Below are positions 23,218-35,775 of a stretch of DNA of 64,000 nucleotides, piece after piece. The position numbers and the translations under genes are program-made. Every line of letters starts with the position of its first letter. Position 1 is the stretch's first letter. Under the pieces are notes generated by a model. The model searched no databases, was not told the origin of the DNA, and worked only from the letters and a program-made list of their open reading frames with translations. Where the stretch lies: contig JAGIQG010000011.1 in the NCBI GenBank assembly GCA_024679065.1, positions 60,264,001 to 60,328,000 of the forward strand. The letters are read 5' to 3'. The stretch comes from Sphyrna mokarran (lineage: Eukaryota).

Positions 23218-25334
23218 AGATCTGATAAATCATCAATGCATAATAACAGTCAAACAATAATATAACATTCACAAAGTACCAATTCCATCTTCCAAGCATC
23301 CAACAATTAACTGTCTCTCTCTCTCTCTCATCTGCCTTACACGCAGGCCAATTCACTCAGATCATGCACTGTCTCTGTCAGCAAACAGCATCGGAGCCAC
23401 AACCTGGCCCAATGGGGAACATTGTACACACGGCAGGCCACAATAGGCATATGACTGAATATCATCAATACTGTAATTGCAATGGATTTCTAAAGCAAGT
23501 TTCATTCGTTTCCTTTTAAAAATGTAATGTTTGGTACTATGATCAGTTTCAGGTGAATTCACACTGGGGTTGAGGAAAAGCAGTTACTTTTGTGAAAGCT
23601 GGATGTGGTTCAAAGGTGAAATGAAAATAATGAATGAAAGTAGGTGACAGTTACTCTGGTGTTTCCAGGTTATTTTCGTCTAGTAGTAATGCTGCTGTAA
23701 CAATGAATCGTAGAAGGGAGGTGGGTGGAATGAGGGTGGAATTGTTGTGAATAAGCTTCAGTTGAAAGGGACTTTTAAAAACTTCATTCTAAATTAAAAT
23801 TTGGAAGCAGTTTTATTAATTGTAACATAGGGTGGAAAATAGACTTGTCCCCTACACATCCAGTTCACTACTCTCCTATTTCCAAACCCAGATTGGGCCT
23901 GCTTATTGCATCACATAGAAATAGATCACAGATAGTGATCATTCAGACCACCATGCCACTGCAAGCAGTTAATGCCTCCATTCAGCTTTTTGATCTGCAG
24001 CACTATAGTTACAGCACCTCAAATGCACATTGAATATTTTTTAAAACATGATGTGTTTCTTTTCAACCTTTTCAGGTAGTGAGATCCCAGACTCCCATCA
24101 TTTTTTAAAGGTGCTGTATAAATGCAAGTTGCTGTTAGTGCAAAATACACTACTGATATTGAGGAAGCAGATGAAAGACTGAGATGATTATCTTTCATTT
24201 TTGCTCTTGTTTGTGTCAGCATTCAACAGGATCTGCTTAGAAAGGAAATTACACATCCTGTAGACCCAATAACAGAGAGATAGTCATGACATAAGTAAGT
24301 CTTTGAAAATACTGTAAATAGTGGACTGTAATGTAATTAAATAAATGCCAACCCTCAACCAGAATCTGCAACTTCTCTCATTCTCCAGGCACATTCTCAT
24401 ATCCCAGCTGAATGGTCGACAGTAACACCACCTTTCTCTTTTTACTGCCTCATACCAATGTCTCACAGCAAAATGTGTAAATGCCTCACAGTAAAATGTG
24501 TAAAATATATAGACCTGAATCTTACATTCCTAATAGCAGTGACATTCACCACTATTAAGGGTTTCAACAATAATGCAACTTAAGGAGAGCCCACTTACGT
24601 TTGAATTCAGAAGATATGTCCAAACATATGAATTAATAGCTGGAGTAGGCCAATTGCAGTTCTCCAGAATAGGTTCGTGTGGAGCACACACTGATAGTTT
24701 TACTGTACGTGAGCTGTTAGGTATCTGGCTCCACAATCCCACGGATGTTGGAGAAAATTTGGGGATGTGCAGCATGGTGGTTGAGGGGAGGGTAGCTAGT
24801 TGTGGAGAGGAACAGCAGGGCCGTAATTAACATAGATTTTAGTTTGTGATGTTAGATTGAGCAAGGCTTCACCAGGAATTGTGTCTTTTCACTAGGCCTC
24901 TCCTTTCAGCTTGCTGGTGGTTCCATACTGTAGCTGGGAAAGCAAATTCACGTCGTAACCAGTGAAAAAGGTAGGCATGTAATTTCGAGCACAGTCAGCA
25001 GTGTACACCCTTGTTTTGCTGCCGCCCACAGGATCCAGGCCAATTATTGATTATCAGACATAAGCCTATCTGTATAATAATGACCTAGATTTAGTCATTT
25101 TTAACATAGGAAGTAGTCCCAGGGTGAATCACCGGGGCTTAATTAAAAAAATGCAGATGGGCTCAGATAATCCAAAAAGACAGACCCTGCCTGATCTCCA
25201 CCAATTAGAAGTAATAACTAGTGTGAACTATGGAAACACGACAACATGATATAACTAGCCTTCTGAAATGCGTTTGACAAATGCTAAATGAAAAATGAAC
25301 AGCCGAACTCAAAACAATGGTAAATCAGGACAAA

Positions 25335-25500
25335 AATAGAAAATGCTGAAAAATCTCAGCAAGTCTGATAGCATCTGTGGAGTGAGAATAGAACCAACAC
25401 ACCCTCTCTACAGATGCTGTCAAACTTGCTCAGATTTTTCAGCATTTTTTGTTTTTGTTTCAGATTCCAGCATCTGCAGTATTTTACTTTCATCTTTGCA
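25335..25500 (+). mobile_element. Fold-back fragment of a second PLE-like family, perfect 14-bp TSD
   Basis: taaatcaggacaaa at 25321-25334 and 25501-25514. Internal inverted arms aaaatgctgaaaaatctcagcaagtctgatagcatctgt / acagatgctgtcaaacttgctcagatttttcagcatttt. Related pieces at ~60030-60176 and ~63330-63390. Confidence 0.7.
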
Positions 25501-26084
25501 TAAATCAGGACAAACTTGGGAACAAAGAATAAAAATTATTAACAAGTAGAAAAGATCAGGTGACTGAATTTTATTTGAATGGACTTGCATAAGATGATGT
25601 TGGGTTAAAAAGAGGTGTGGTGAGGGGAGATATGTGGTAATGGATCAGGAACCTGTTTATCCTATTTTTAGCAAACCAATGAAACTAAACTAGCAAGCTG
25701 AGGGAAAAGTAAAAAGGCAGTCCCTTTTAAAGGGATATTGCAACAAAGAAACAGAACTGAGAAGGAAACTTAAAATATTGAAACAAAAAAGTTTGATAAA
25801 GCAACCCTGTTCCCATAGTGTCCAGTGAGCACAGAAAGCCTCGACCATCCGTGAACCTGTTTATCAATGAACCAGATTTCACCTTGGCTCCTTAACTAAG
25901 CCACTGTATTTTATATTCTACTTCTGACTATCCTGAACAGAAAGAGTGAGTGGGATGACCATACAGAAGTATCAAGTGATCGTTTTCTAATTAAAGAGAT
26001 TCTGACATGGATCACTTTGGCTGAACTGTACATTGATTTTTTTAGCCTTTAGCAACCACAGGAATAGTAAGCAGACCTGGGATG

Positions 26085-26285
26085 GCTGCTCTGAGTCAAG
26101 AATACTCAGATGTGTGTTCTCCTGCAGCATTTACAGGGCTGAAATGAAGGTGATGCTTGTCAAGGGAGGAAAACGCCAACTGGCTGCAAGTGCATGAGGA
26201 AGTGAGAAGCAAGAGTGTTGACCCTCAAACTTGGAAACAGTCTTCTAGGAGGTTCAAAGATCTCCAGAGACCAGAAAATGTGAGC
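26085..26285 (+). pseudogene. Harbinger-type Myb/SANT remnant
   Basis: WLQVHEEVRSKSVDPQTWKQSSRRFKDLQR (ORF 26157-26420) fits the pattern W.EVA..V.S.S..PRTW.QCRKRF.DL. Confidence 0.7.
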
Positions 26286-26569
26286 AACATAACATTTTCA
26301 GGTGTGAAGTATGACAGTATGATTTTCTCAGCATTCTCCTGTACAGCAGTCCTTGGAACAACACACAACACCATGCTTTATTCTAACTCTGTCCAATCTC
26401 CTTCTCATATTCCCATCTGAGCAGTTAGTGTTCACATTTGTCCTCATCTTTGCATCATCTTACACTCATGTCACAAAGGCATCCTCCAAAAATAATATTC
26501 AATTCTTCTCTGCACACGTGACATTTAGAGGAATCACCAATCTCTCTGAATTCTTTGCTTCCAAAACGT

Positions 26570-26856
26570 AAAGTTTTTTAAAGTTTATTTATTAGTCACA
26601 GACAGGCAATGAAATTATTGTGAAAATCCCCTTGTCATCACATTCCAGCACCTGTTTGGGTACACGGAAGGAGAATCTAACAGCAATACACCTAACCAGC
26701 AAATCTTTCAGACAATGGGAGAAACAGGAGCACCGGAGGAAACTCATGCAGATGTGGGGAAGAATGTGCAGACTCCGCACAGTGACCTCAGGCAGGAATC
26801 AAACCCAGGTTCCTGGCTGTGAGGCAGCAGTGCTAACGCCTCTGCCACCGTGCTGC
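26570..26856 (-). mobile_element. HE1-type SINE (tail B)
   Basis: Antisense tail B, core and head. Confidence 0.88.
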
Positions 26857-27707
26857 TAGGGGAAAAGAGCAGCAAATTTCAGAAAGATGTGTGGGGGATG
26901 TGGAGCACTCCAGTAATAACCATCTTGTCAACCAGCAGCAATGAGTTTCTACCTGATTGATTAGAAAGAAGGTCTTGTCCTACAAGGATGTAGATGTCAG
27001 CAACAACCAGCAGTGGTAGACTGAGCTTCCTGAGATATTAATGTTCACACATGTCAATTAGCTAATCTTCTGCCAATAGATCCTGTTTTGGCTGGAGTGA
27101 TGGTGGGATCTCTATGACCAGCTCCTTTGCACTGTGAAATGGCAGTGGAGAAGGCACCCAACATTCCTGTTGCTGTTATTGTTGCTGCTCGTCTTGTTCT
27201 TCATCTGAGGTGCAAGGTGGAGGTGCATTGCTCCATGCCTTACAGAAAGCTGTCAGCAGGAAAGTGAGCAAAGAGCAAGACTGGCTTCGAAAAAGCAGAG
27301 GTTGCCTGGCAAACATTAAGAGCACATTCTTAGAAGAGATGCTGCAATCTCTCACCAATATCACTGCCGTTCTTTAATTTTGTTCTTTGAAGGCTTCCCA
27401 GCCTGTCAGTTTCACTTAACCAAACCATGCCGTGTCTTGCCTCATTGAACCTGAAAGCTCTGCACAGCTCAAGAAGCCCATACATTGGTTGTTAAAGCCA
27501 GAATACCAGGTGAAATCAGGAGTTAATTACCCCTTTACATATTTTAACAACTCAACAATTGCATAAAGGTTTCTGGTTGCCTGAAAACTCACCTAGTCTA
27601 CATCCAGAAGTGGATGGGATCTTGTCGGTTTCCCAACCTGACTACTTTTCAGCCTTTTAAACCCCCACCTGGACCCTAATCCATTTCCCCAAGACCTTTA
27701 AAATTCT

Positions 27708-27937
27708 TAGTAAGAAGTCTCACAACACCAAGTTAAAATCCAACAGGTCTATTTGGCAACACTAGCTTTCGGAGCTTCAAACTCCTTCATCAGGTGAGGC
27801 AGCTGATGAAGGAGCTTGAGGCTCCACAAGCTAGTGCTGCCAAATAGACCTGTTGGACTTTAACGTGGAGTTGTGGAATTTCTACTATGTTTACCCCAGT
27901 CCAATGCCAGCATCTCCACATCATGGCTATCAGTGAC
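27708..27937 (+). mobile_element. Fold-back Penelope-like (PLE) terminal fragment with inverted 5' copy and 14-bp TSD
   Basis: Inverted arms ~27709-27794 and ~27801-27886. Flanking direct repeat acctttaaaattct (27694-27707) / acctttaaagttct (27938-27951). Same family as 3697-3790, 35875-35991 and 63518-63729. Confidence 0.75.
27760..27796 (-). ncRNA. Minimal type I hammerhead ribozyme motif (intact core)
   Basis: Minus strand reads CAC-CUGAUGA-A-GGAGU-UUGAA-GCUCC-GAAA-GC-UA-GUG: stem I CAC/GUG, core CUGAUGA, stem II GGAGU/GCUCC, GAAA, and palindromic AGCU in place of stem III, ending in a UH cleavage site. Confidence 0.7.
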
Positions 27938-28609
27938 ACCTTTAAAGTTCTCCCCAAGCAGTAAGTAGAAGAGTAATAATAAGATTGATGAAGTCCCATG
28001 TCAGTGCCCAGCGGCTCATGTGTAGATACCCATTACTTTGTATTTACTTCAAAAACTCATTGCTAATTGGTCAAATTTGCAGAAAATACAAACAAGAAAG
28101 GACAGTTGAATTTGAGGAGACAGTGTGAGGCATAAAATTCCACATATGCCAAATGTCGGACTTTTTTGCGGCTTGCCAACCTATTAAGCAATATGTCAAC
28201 TTTTCAGCCTTTTACATGAGATATCAGCTTTCTGTGGTTATATAAAACCAGGAAATTTGGGAATAGGCGGCAATTAACATTTACCAAAAGTAAAAGTGGG
28301 TTACGATATTTCTGGGCCAAACCACACATCTGGTGCAGCTGGAAGCTGTTAGAATATATCAGCCAGAAGTTACTTTGGCTGCCACATTTTAGTAATAAAA
28401 CAGTGACTGTATTTCATGAATATTGCATTAGCTGTGAAGAGGATGTCCTGAGGATGCATAAGGCACATTTCAAAACCAATTCTTTATTTACTGCTGCATG
28501 GTCTGTCAGCTGCTTCAGAAATATTGAGTAGTTTTTGTCGGTTTTATATAAGTTGGGGTGTATGAAATACTTTAGGCAAAACAGAAAATATGATTCAACA
28601 CTCAACGTA

Positions 28610-29260
28610 AGACCATAAGAAATAAGTACAGGAATGGGCCATTCGGCCCATTGATCCACCATTTAATAGGATCATGGCTGATCTGATATTCACTTTCCTG
28701 CTCATTCCCCATAACCCTCAATCCCCTTAATGATCAAAAATATATCTAACTCGGCCTTAAATGTACATAAGATTCTTCCTCTACAGCTCTCAATGGTAAG
28801 AAGTTCCAAAAACTCAACTCTCTGAGAGAAGGAATTCCTCCTCATTTCAGTTATAAATTGATGCTCCTTTATTCTGAGACTATACCCTCTGGTCCTGGAC
28901 TCTCCCATTAGGAAAAGCATCCAACCTGAGAAGCTCCTTAAGAATCCTATATGTTTAAATGAGATCACTTCTCATCCTTCTACATTCCAATGGGTAAAGT
29001 CCCAACCTGTTTAACTTTTGCCCATAAGACAATTCCTCCACAGCGGGGATAAATCTAGTCAACTTTCTCTGAACTGCTCCAATGAAATAATAGCTTTCCT
29101 TATATAAAAGGATCAAAACTACTAACAATATTCCAGGTGTGGTCTCTTGTACAGCTGCAGCAAGACTTCCTTACTCTTATATTCCAATTCCCTTGAAATA
29201 GGGGCCAACATTCTAATAGCCTTCCTGAGTACTTGCTGCATTTGTGTTTTGTGCACAAGT
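28610..29260 (-). mobile_element. CR1 LINE 3' fragment
   Basis: LEYKSKEVLLQLYK.RPHLEYC and GESRTRGYSLRI...RRNSFSQRV; tail taagaccataagaaataag. Confidence 0.88.
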
Positions 29261-29269
29261 ACCCCAAAT

Positions 29270-29790
29270 CCCACTATCATCCTGTCTGCAGAGCTCACCT
29301 CACTGTTGATCATCCCCACTGCCTCCACCCTCTTGCATTTGGCTCCCTCCTTGCATAGCCCTCTTCCCTGCCATGCAGGGCTCCCCCATTGCCTCCCACT
29401 TGCCTCCCCCCATCATCATCGCTCCACCTCCACTTAGGCCCCACCCATCTGACGCTGCACTGGCATAGTTAAGTTGCCCAATGGACACTGCCAGGAAGGC
29501 ACTGTCCAGCCATGCCCCTAACCACCCAGGTTTTCCAAAGCCCTATGATATCCTGGTGTTGCCATCACGTCTGCTCCTCAATGCTGGACACTTCTCACCC
29601 TGTTAAATGTGTCATGTCATTAATATTTATGTCAGCCGATTGCGCTGACAAAACAGGACTAGGAAGATAGTTTTCAGCACAAAACTGGTTTGCACCCATT
29701 GTGAAAGCCTTGCGTACTAGCTTCCTGGCTTGCTGCACGATTGACCAATGCAGTACGCCGAAAAGATTGTGCCCGTTATGTCCAAGTTGA
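29270..29790. mobile_element. Partial copy resembling the interior of the Harbinger-like non-autonomous elements
   Basis: C-rich segment with ggcactg/cactgccagg motifs abutting the CR1 fragment; no clear TIR pair. Confidence 0.4.
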
Positions 29791-30039
29791 ATGGTGATCT
29801 GGTCAGACCATAGCTTGAATAGTGTGCAGTTTGAGGCAAGGCAATGAGACAACTAGTGTCTTAGGAAGAATCCCAACTGTTAGACACATGATGGAAGACT
29901 GGGAAAACTTAGATTTTTGACCTAGAAAAGAGACATCAAAGAGACAATATTATAGAGACAACATGGAAAAAAATACATGGAGGAAAATCCAAAATGGCAC
30001 TGGAGTGAGGCAACTTCTTGCAAGCTGTGCCCAGCATAC

Positions 30040-30226
30040 TTTCAAATTCTATGTTTTACTCTCGTTCTATGCTTCTCAAACTTCATTCTACAGTTTGCAC
30101 TCTCATTTCCTTCTCTATGAATGGTATGCTCTGTCACATACCTTCTCTATGAATGATATGCATGCAAGAAGCAATACTTTTTTCTGTATGCTAATACATG
30201 TGACAGTAATAAATCAAATGAAAATC
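30040..30226 (+). mobile_element. Probable Rex1/Babar-type LINE 3'UTR fragment
   Basis: ttctctatgaatggtatgct...gcaagaagcaatactttt..ctgtatgctaatacatgtgacagtaataaatcaaat resembles Rex1 tails as I recall them; not database-verified. Confidence 0.5.
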
Positions 30227-31858
30227 TGGAAAATCACTTTCTGCATTGTGAGAGTAAGAAAAGGGAGAATAGAATGGGTAGAATGCAAATTTGGAAAGAA
30301 TGTCTCATATTCTTTGCGTAAGATTTAACATTCCCTTCCCTCACCCCCGATGGGGTTGAAGATGGGGACACATGTTAAAACCACTTACCTGGCTGTCCCT
30401 GCTCTCATCTAATTATACTAGTGATGGGGGTGGCATTGGGAAGTCTACCCTCCTGTCAGTGAGTCAATTGAGGCCCTTAAGTGGGTAACTGAGATTCCTG
30501 TCTGACATCAGCTTGCCATTGCTGGTGTTTAACTGGTCAAAGGAGAGACCCCCCAGTGGTCAGATTGGCAAGTTTCCCTGTGTGACTTTGTGCTGGGCAG
30601 AGTGTTGAAATCCTGCCTTAACTGGCCCCCTGGACCCACCAGAAGTCCCCTCCTGCTATGGTATAACCCCCATCCCATCTTGCACTCCCCTGTAACCTCT
30701 CAAACCATAGCCCCCACCAACATCTCATTAACCCCAAAACACTTACAACCTTCCAAATCATTATAACTGAGTTTCTCCTACTGGGGGGCAGTAGATCTAC
30801 AACTACTATGAGTAGATCTATAATTGCTCTGATTGGCCAGCAACTCGAGCAGGACCTCCTGTCCCTGATGGATGTAAGTCCCAGCTCCAAAATATTAACT
30901 GGGCTGTGAAATGCAGACTGTCAGGCTGCAGATCTCTTGGTAGGTGGAGTGGGGAACAGGGCACCTTTTATAACTCTTCCCAGTGAGTGATCAACTCATA
31001 AAATGGTGTCCCAGGAAAAATAATCGACAAAAGCCTTGCAAAATCTCAAAGGAAACATGGATATGATAGTAGAGACAGTGTAAAATAATTTTGATTGAAT
31101 GAACTGACATGAGCTGAATGGCTTTATGGATTCATATTCAGCTTGTGATCTATTTTAAATAAATGTAGTTTCTCCATTATCTAGCCCTTGACCCACAATT
31201 AATTGACCATTTCTGCAATTAACAATGTGCTAAATCACACTTTCAAGATATTATGTTCTCTCTCTTCTTAGATATTCTCCCCTGAGGTGCTTTACCTCCA
31301 TTCTATTAAGTCCAAAGATTGCAATCTTGAATATCTTTGACAGAAAACTGGCTTAAGCATTCACTACCACATTTAGCTGGATCGCATAAAGCATTAATGC
31401 TTCCTGCTTTCCATTGCTGCAATTGGGAATCCAGCAATACAAAAATAAACCTTGGCTTCTCTTCTTTATTACAATTCCCTTCTAATGCTACCCTCTCTTG
31501 CCTCCTCTACCTTCATGTCCATCAACCAGTGCGACAAACTAAGGACTTTTTCTCACTAGATTCAAGACTATTCCATCAGCTGCTACTTCCTCCTTCTGGG
31601 TGACCAGATCAAACTTCCTCTTTTGTTGCCCTTTGGCCTAGCTCTGAACCTATGCCTTTCTGTAGATTCTATACTGTCCCTTGCGTTACTCTCTGTGAAC
31701 TAATTTTGTCCATAAGGCCCTCGTTACCTCAGCCCCACGTGAACCAAACTGTTTGGAACTCCCAAATCCAATTCCGGGGAGACCGGAAATTATAGCTGTA
31801 AAATGTCGCTGTGGAAGGCCAATTTCAGAGGATAAAGTGAAACTGTCTTTCCATCTGT

Positions 31859-32323
31859 CAAATCTGGATGGTCAGTATTGAGGCAAGGAATTTATCTACC
31901 TAGGACAAAGCATTTTTTATATGTTAGGGAACCACCTGTTCCATTGCTTGTAAACACTAGTCAGGAAAGGAGCTGGATAATTGACCAGACATCCAGAAAA
32001 CAAAAGTGAACAATTTTACCCTGAGTTACCAGTTAGCTGGGCACAGCCATTGTATACACATAAAGACCTGGCAGGGAGTACATGTGGCACCAACTTTTTC
32101 CCATTGCGCCTCTGCAGCAGCTGCTGCAAGCATCCTTCAGCACATAATCCTGGACCTTGTAATGTGCCAGTTTGTGACACTTTATCATGACAACTCTAGA
32201 CATTGGAGGACTAAGAGGTTTTCAAAAGAAAAAAGATTGTCTTCCATTGAGTTGATGATCCATAAATGTTTCTCTTTATCAAGCATGAGCTGTGCCAAAT
32301 ACTGGGGGTGCTAAAACATGCGC
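31859..32323 (-). repeat. Left arm of ~460-bp inverted duplication (contains a Tx1/L1-like ORF2 C-terminal remnant)
   Basis: Reverse complement aligns end to end with 34111-34584. Confidence 0.92.
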
Positions 32324-32804
32324 AACTTTTCAAACCTCAGTATATGTACAAAGACTGTGCACAGTGAAATAGGATGCTTAAAAGCTGTTTCCATCTCTGA
32401 ATGGCAACATACTCAAATATCACAGGATGAACGCAAGTGTGAGAACAGGAGAGAAAGTGTTCCATATATCCACATTTTTGGAACATTAAAAACAAATGAA
32501 ATAAGGAAATTGCTTCTTTAAAAGTGAACCAAAATTTAAAATTTTAGCAGAGTTACTGGCTTTCAGAATAATTTGAGCTCTAAATCTTTCTCTTTCTCCT
32601 AGCATTCATCAAACATTGTAACATTGGAATTTGCTCTCAAGGTGAGAATCTTTGGGATAAAACATGATTGGATGAAATTTAATGAACTTGAAGTTATTCT
32701 CTGTATGTGAATGGGTGACCCTCAGAATAAAAACAAGCAAACATCTAGAAACATTCAGATGATTTGCCGATTTTTTAAATTATTTTTGTTGATACTTAGA
32801 TTTG

Positions 32805-33610
32805 AAACAAAGAAGTTTGGAAAAGGAGGAGGCCATTTGATCCTTCGAACCTACTCCATCATTCATTACAATCATGGATGATCATCCAGCTTAATAGTCT
32901 AATCCTGCTTTTTCCCCAAAACGTTTGATCCCATTCACCCAAGTGCTATATCCAGCTCTTCTTGATGATATTCAATGTTTTAGCATCAACTACTTCCTGT
33001 GGTAATAAATTCCACAGGCTAATCACTCTTTGGGTGAAGAAATGTCTCCTCACCATCATCCTAAACGGTCAATCCTGAATCCTCAGACTGTGACCCCTGG
33101 TTCTGGACACCCCCACCAGTGGGAATATCCTCCCTGCATCTACCCTGTCTAGTCCTGTTAAAATGTTATAAGTCTCTATGAGATTTTCCCCTCATTTGTC
33201 TGAACTCCAGCAAAAACAGTCCTAATCTAGTCAATCTGTCCTCATAATCAATCCTGCCATCCCCAAAAATCAACCTGGTAAACGCTTGAGAGCAAAAGCA
33301 TCCTTTCTCAGAAAAGGAGACCAAAACGACACATAATATTCTAGGTGTGGTCTCACCAAGGCTCTGAATAATTGCAACAACATATCTCTGCTGATGTACT
33401 CAACTTCTCACAATGAAGGCCAACATGCCATTTCCTTCTTTATCTCCTGCATGCTTATCTTCAGTGACTGGTGCACAAGGACACCTAAGTCCCACTGCAC
33501 ATTCCCCCCTCCCAATTTACAACCATTCAGATAGTAATCTGCCTTCTTGTTTTTGTTTCCAAATCTGAATAACCTCACATTGATCCAAATTATACTGCAT
33601 CCAAATTTCA
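32805..33610 (-). mobile_element. CR1 LINE 3' fragment
   Basis: FGNKNKKADYYLNG...DLGVLVHQSLK plus a typical CR1 3'UTR. Confidence 0.88.
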
Positions 33611-34110
33611 CATAACTAAAATAGTGAATAATTTTTAGTTAGTTAGATTGATTTGCAAATCAGAGCTTTTAAAGGACCAATGCCATTTGTTTAGTTTCTT
33701 TACTGGATTTATAAATATTAACCAAATGCATCAGTGTCTCTAGGATGCAGTTCTGTCTATCAATTTGCATCCACCTCAAAGCTGTGCTACTCACTGGGTT
33801 CATTGCTCAAGGGGGGGGATTCTCCCCTGCATCAGGGAAACACCAGGAGAGAAATTTGTCAGTGACCTGAGTTCTGCAAGACATGCCATTTTATTGCAGA
33901 AATGAGAAGAAATGGTCAATGGTGGCTCCATAGAGTTGGTGGGAGGGAAATTCCAATTGGAGTGCTGAAACAGGGGTAGCTTTCATTCCCAATTTTCCAA
34001 TGCTTCTCAATTTCAAGTGGAACCATGAAAGATAATTTCCCCTGTAATTGAGCCATGATTACAGCAACCATTTTATAAATATATATGAGGAACAAAATGC
34101 ATGTGATAAA

Positions 34111-34584
34111 GCTCATATTGCAGCACCCCCAGTATTTGGCACAGCTCATGCTTGATAAAGAGAAACATTTCTGGATTGTCAACTCAGTGGAAGACAATCT
34201 TTGTTTTTTTGGAAACCTGTTGACTCTCCAGTGTCAAGAGTTGTCCATGACGGAATGTTGCAAACTGGCACATTACAAGGTCCAGATCTATGTGCTGAGG
34301 GATGCAGTAAAGCTTGGGGCAGCTGCTGTAGAGGCACAATGGAAAAAGATTGGTGCTGCATACACTACCTGCCAGGCCTTTATGTGTATACAATGGCTGT
34401 GCCCAGCTAACTGTTAGCTCAGGTTAAAATTGTTCACTTTTGTTTTCTGGATGTGTGGTCAATTATCTGGCTCCGTTCCTGACTAGTGTTTATAAGCAAT
34501 GGAACAGGTGGTTCCCTAATATATGAAAAATGCTTTGTCTTAGGTAGATAAAGTCCTTGGCTTAATGTTGACCATTCAGATTTG
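34111..34584 (+). repeat. Right arm of inverted duplication (Tx1/L1-like ORF2 C-terminal remnant at ~34150-34350)
   Basis: Translation IVNSVEDNL..GNLL.LQ.QELS.TECCKLAHYKVQ.YVLRDAVKLGAAAVEAQW resembles the C-terminus of Tx1-type ORF2 (recalled, not searched). Confidence 0.9.
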
Positions 34585-35090
34585 CAAAGGAGTCAGATTG
34601 CCATATGTTTTTTATCCAACCTCTGTGCCAACAAGCTAAATGGGCTGGTTAAAATTTGTTTTTATTCTCTGAGTGGCATAATTCCCTATGGTAACAAGAC
34701 TAATCATGTGGGAATAAAGGTGCTTGCAAGTTATCAAAGAGACAAAAATATGAAGTGAAGTATGAGGAACTCAGAACAAAAAATATAATGAGATACTTGT
34801 GTAGAAGAAATTATACCAGAATTACAATTGCCTCTAATGAGAACATGAAGCAGAATTTGTTCCTTGATCTTCATAAAAATATTCTGGATGACTTTCACTT
34901 CATAAAGCTGGAGGTGCTGTAATAATAAACCATCTGCCAACAGGTTTGAGCTTTTAATCCAAAATCAGACAAAGCTAATAGATCAATGCTCAGTTACCAG
35001 AAACATGAGGGAACTAATAGTGAATATGATAATCCCCAACACTTTTCCACCTGTCTTCTGGGATATTTTCCATATTTTGCATCCAGACTT

Positions 35091-35401
35091 TAAGAACGTA
35101 GAATATTACAGCGCAGAACAGGCCCTTCGGCCTTCGATATTGCGCCGACCAATTAGGAAAAAGCAATGATCCTCTAACCTAAACCATTCCCTTTTCGTCC
35201 ATAAACTTATCTACTAACCTCTTAAACGCCACCAAACTTGGCACATCTACAACTGCCGCAGGCAGGGCATTCCATACCCTTACCACCCTCTGGGTAAAGA
35301 ACCTACCTCTGACATCCGTCTATAACCACCACCCCTTAATTTAAAGCTATGTCCCCTCGTGCTAGCTTTTTCCATTCTAGGAAAAAGGCTATCACTGTCC
35401 A
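35091..35401 (-). mobile_element. Short 3' fragment of the same young CR1 family
   Basis: Highly similar to 54685-54990 (ttacagc.cagaacaggcccttcggccttcgat.ttgcgccgacc ... ggaaaaaggctatcactgtcca). Confidence 0.92.
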
Positions 35402-35484
35402 TAGTCCATAAGAGGTCTGCTATAAGTAATAAGTAAAATTCTACTTCAAAGTTGTTCACTTTGATGGGATTGCTAAGGTATTTA

Positions 35485-35775
35485 AAGTCTATTTATTTAT
35501 TAATCACAAGTAGCTTACATTAACACTGCAATGAAGATACTGTGAAATCCCCTAGTTGCCACACTCCAGCACCTGTTCAAGTACACTGAAAGAGAATTTA
35601 GCATGGTTGATGCACTTAACCAGCAGGTCTTTCAGACTGTGGAAGGAAACTAGAGCACCTGGAGGAAACCCATGTGGACATGGGGAGAATGTGCAAACTC
35701 CACACAGACAGTGAGCCGAGCCGGGAATCGAACCCTAGTTTCTGGCAGTGTGAGGCAAAAATGCTAACCACTATT
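35485..35775 (-). mobile_element. HE1-type SINE (tail B)
   Basis: Antisense tail B, core and head. Confidence 0.88.

Noticed and set aside
24464-24505. CRISPR-like or functional direct repeat (cacag.aaaatgtgtaaa x2)
   Set aside because: Only two units, in eukaryotic DNA; a simple local duplication.
27803-27836. Active hammerhead on the plus strand
   Set aside because: GAAA is mutated to ACAA and the first stem I pair is lost. The cores at ~63570-63642 and ~60140-60176 are similarly broken.
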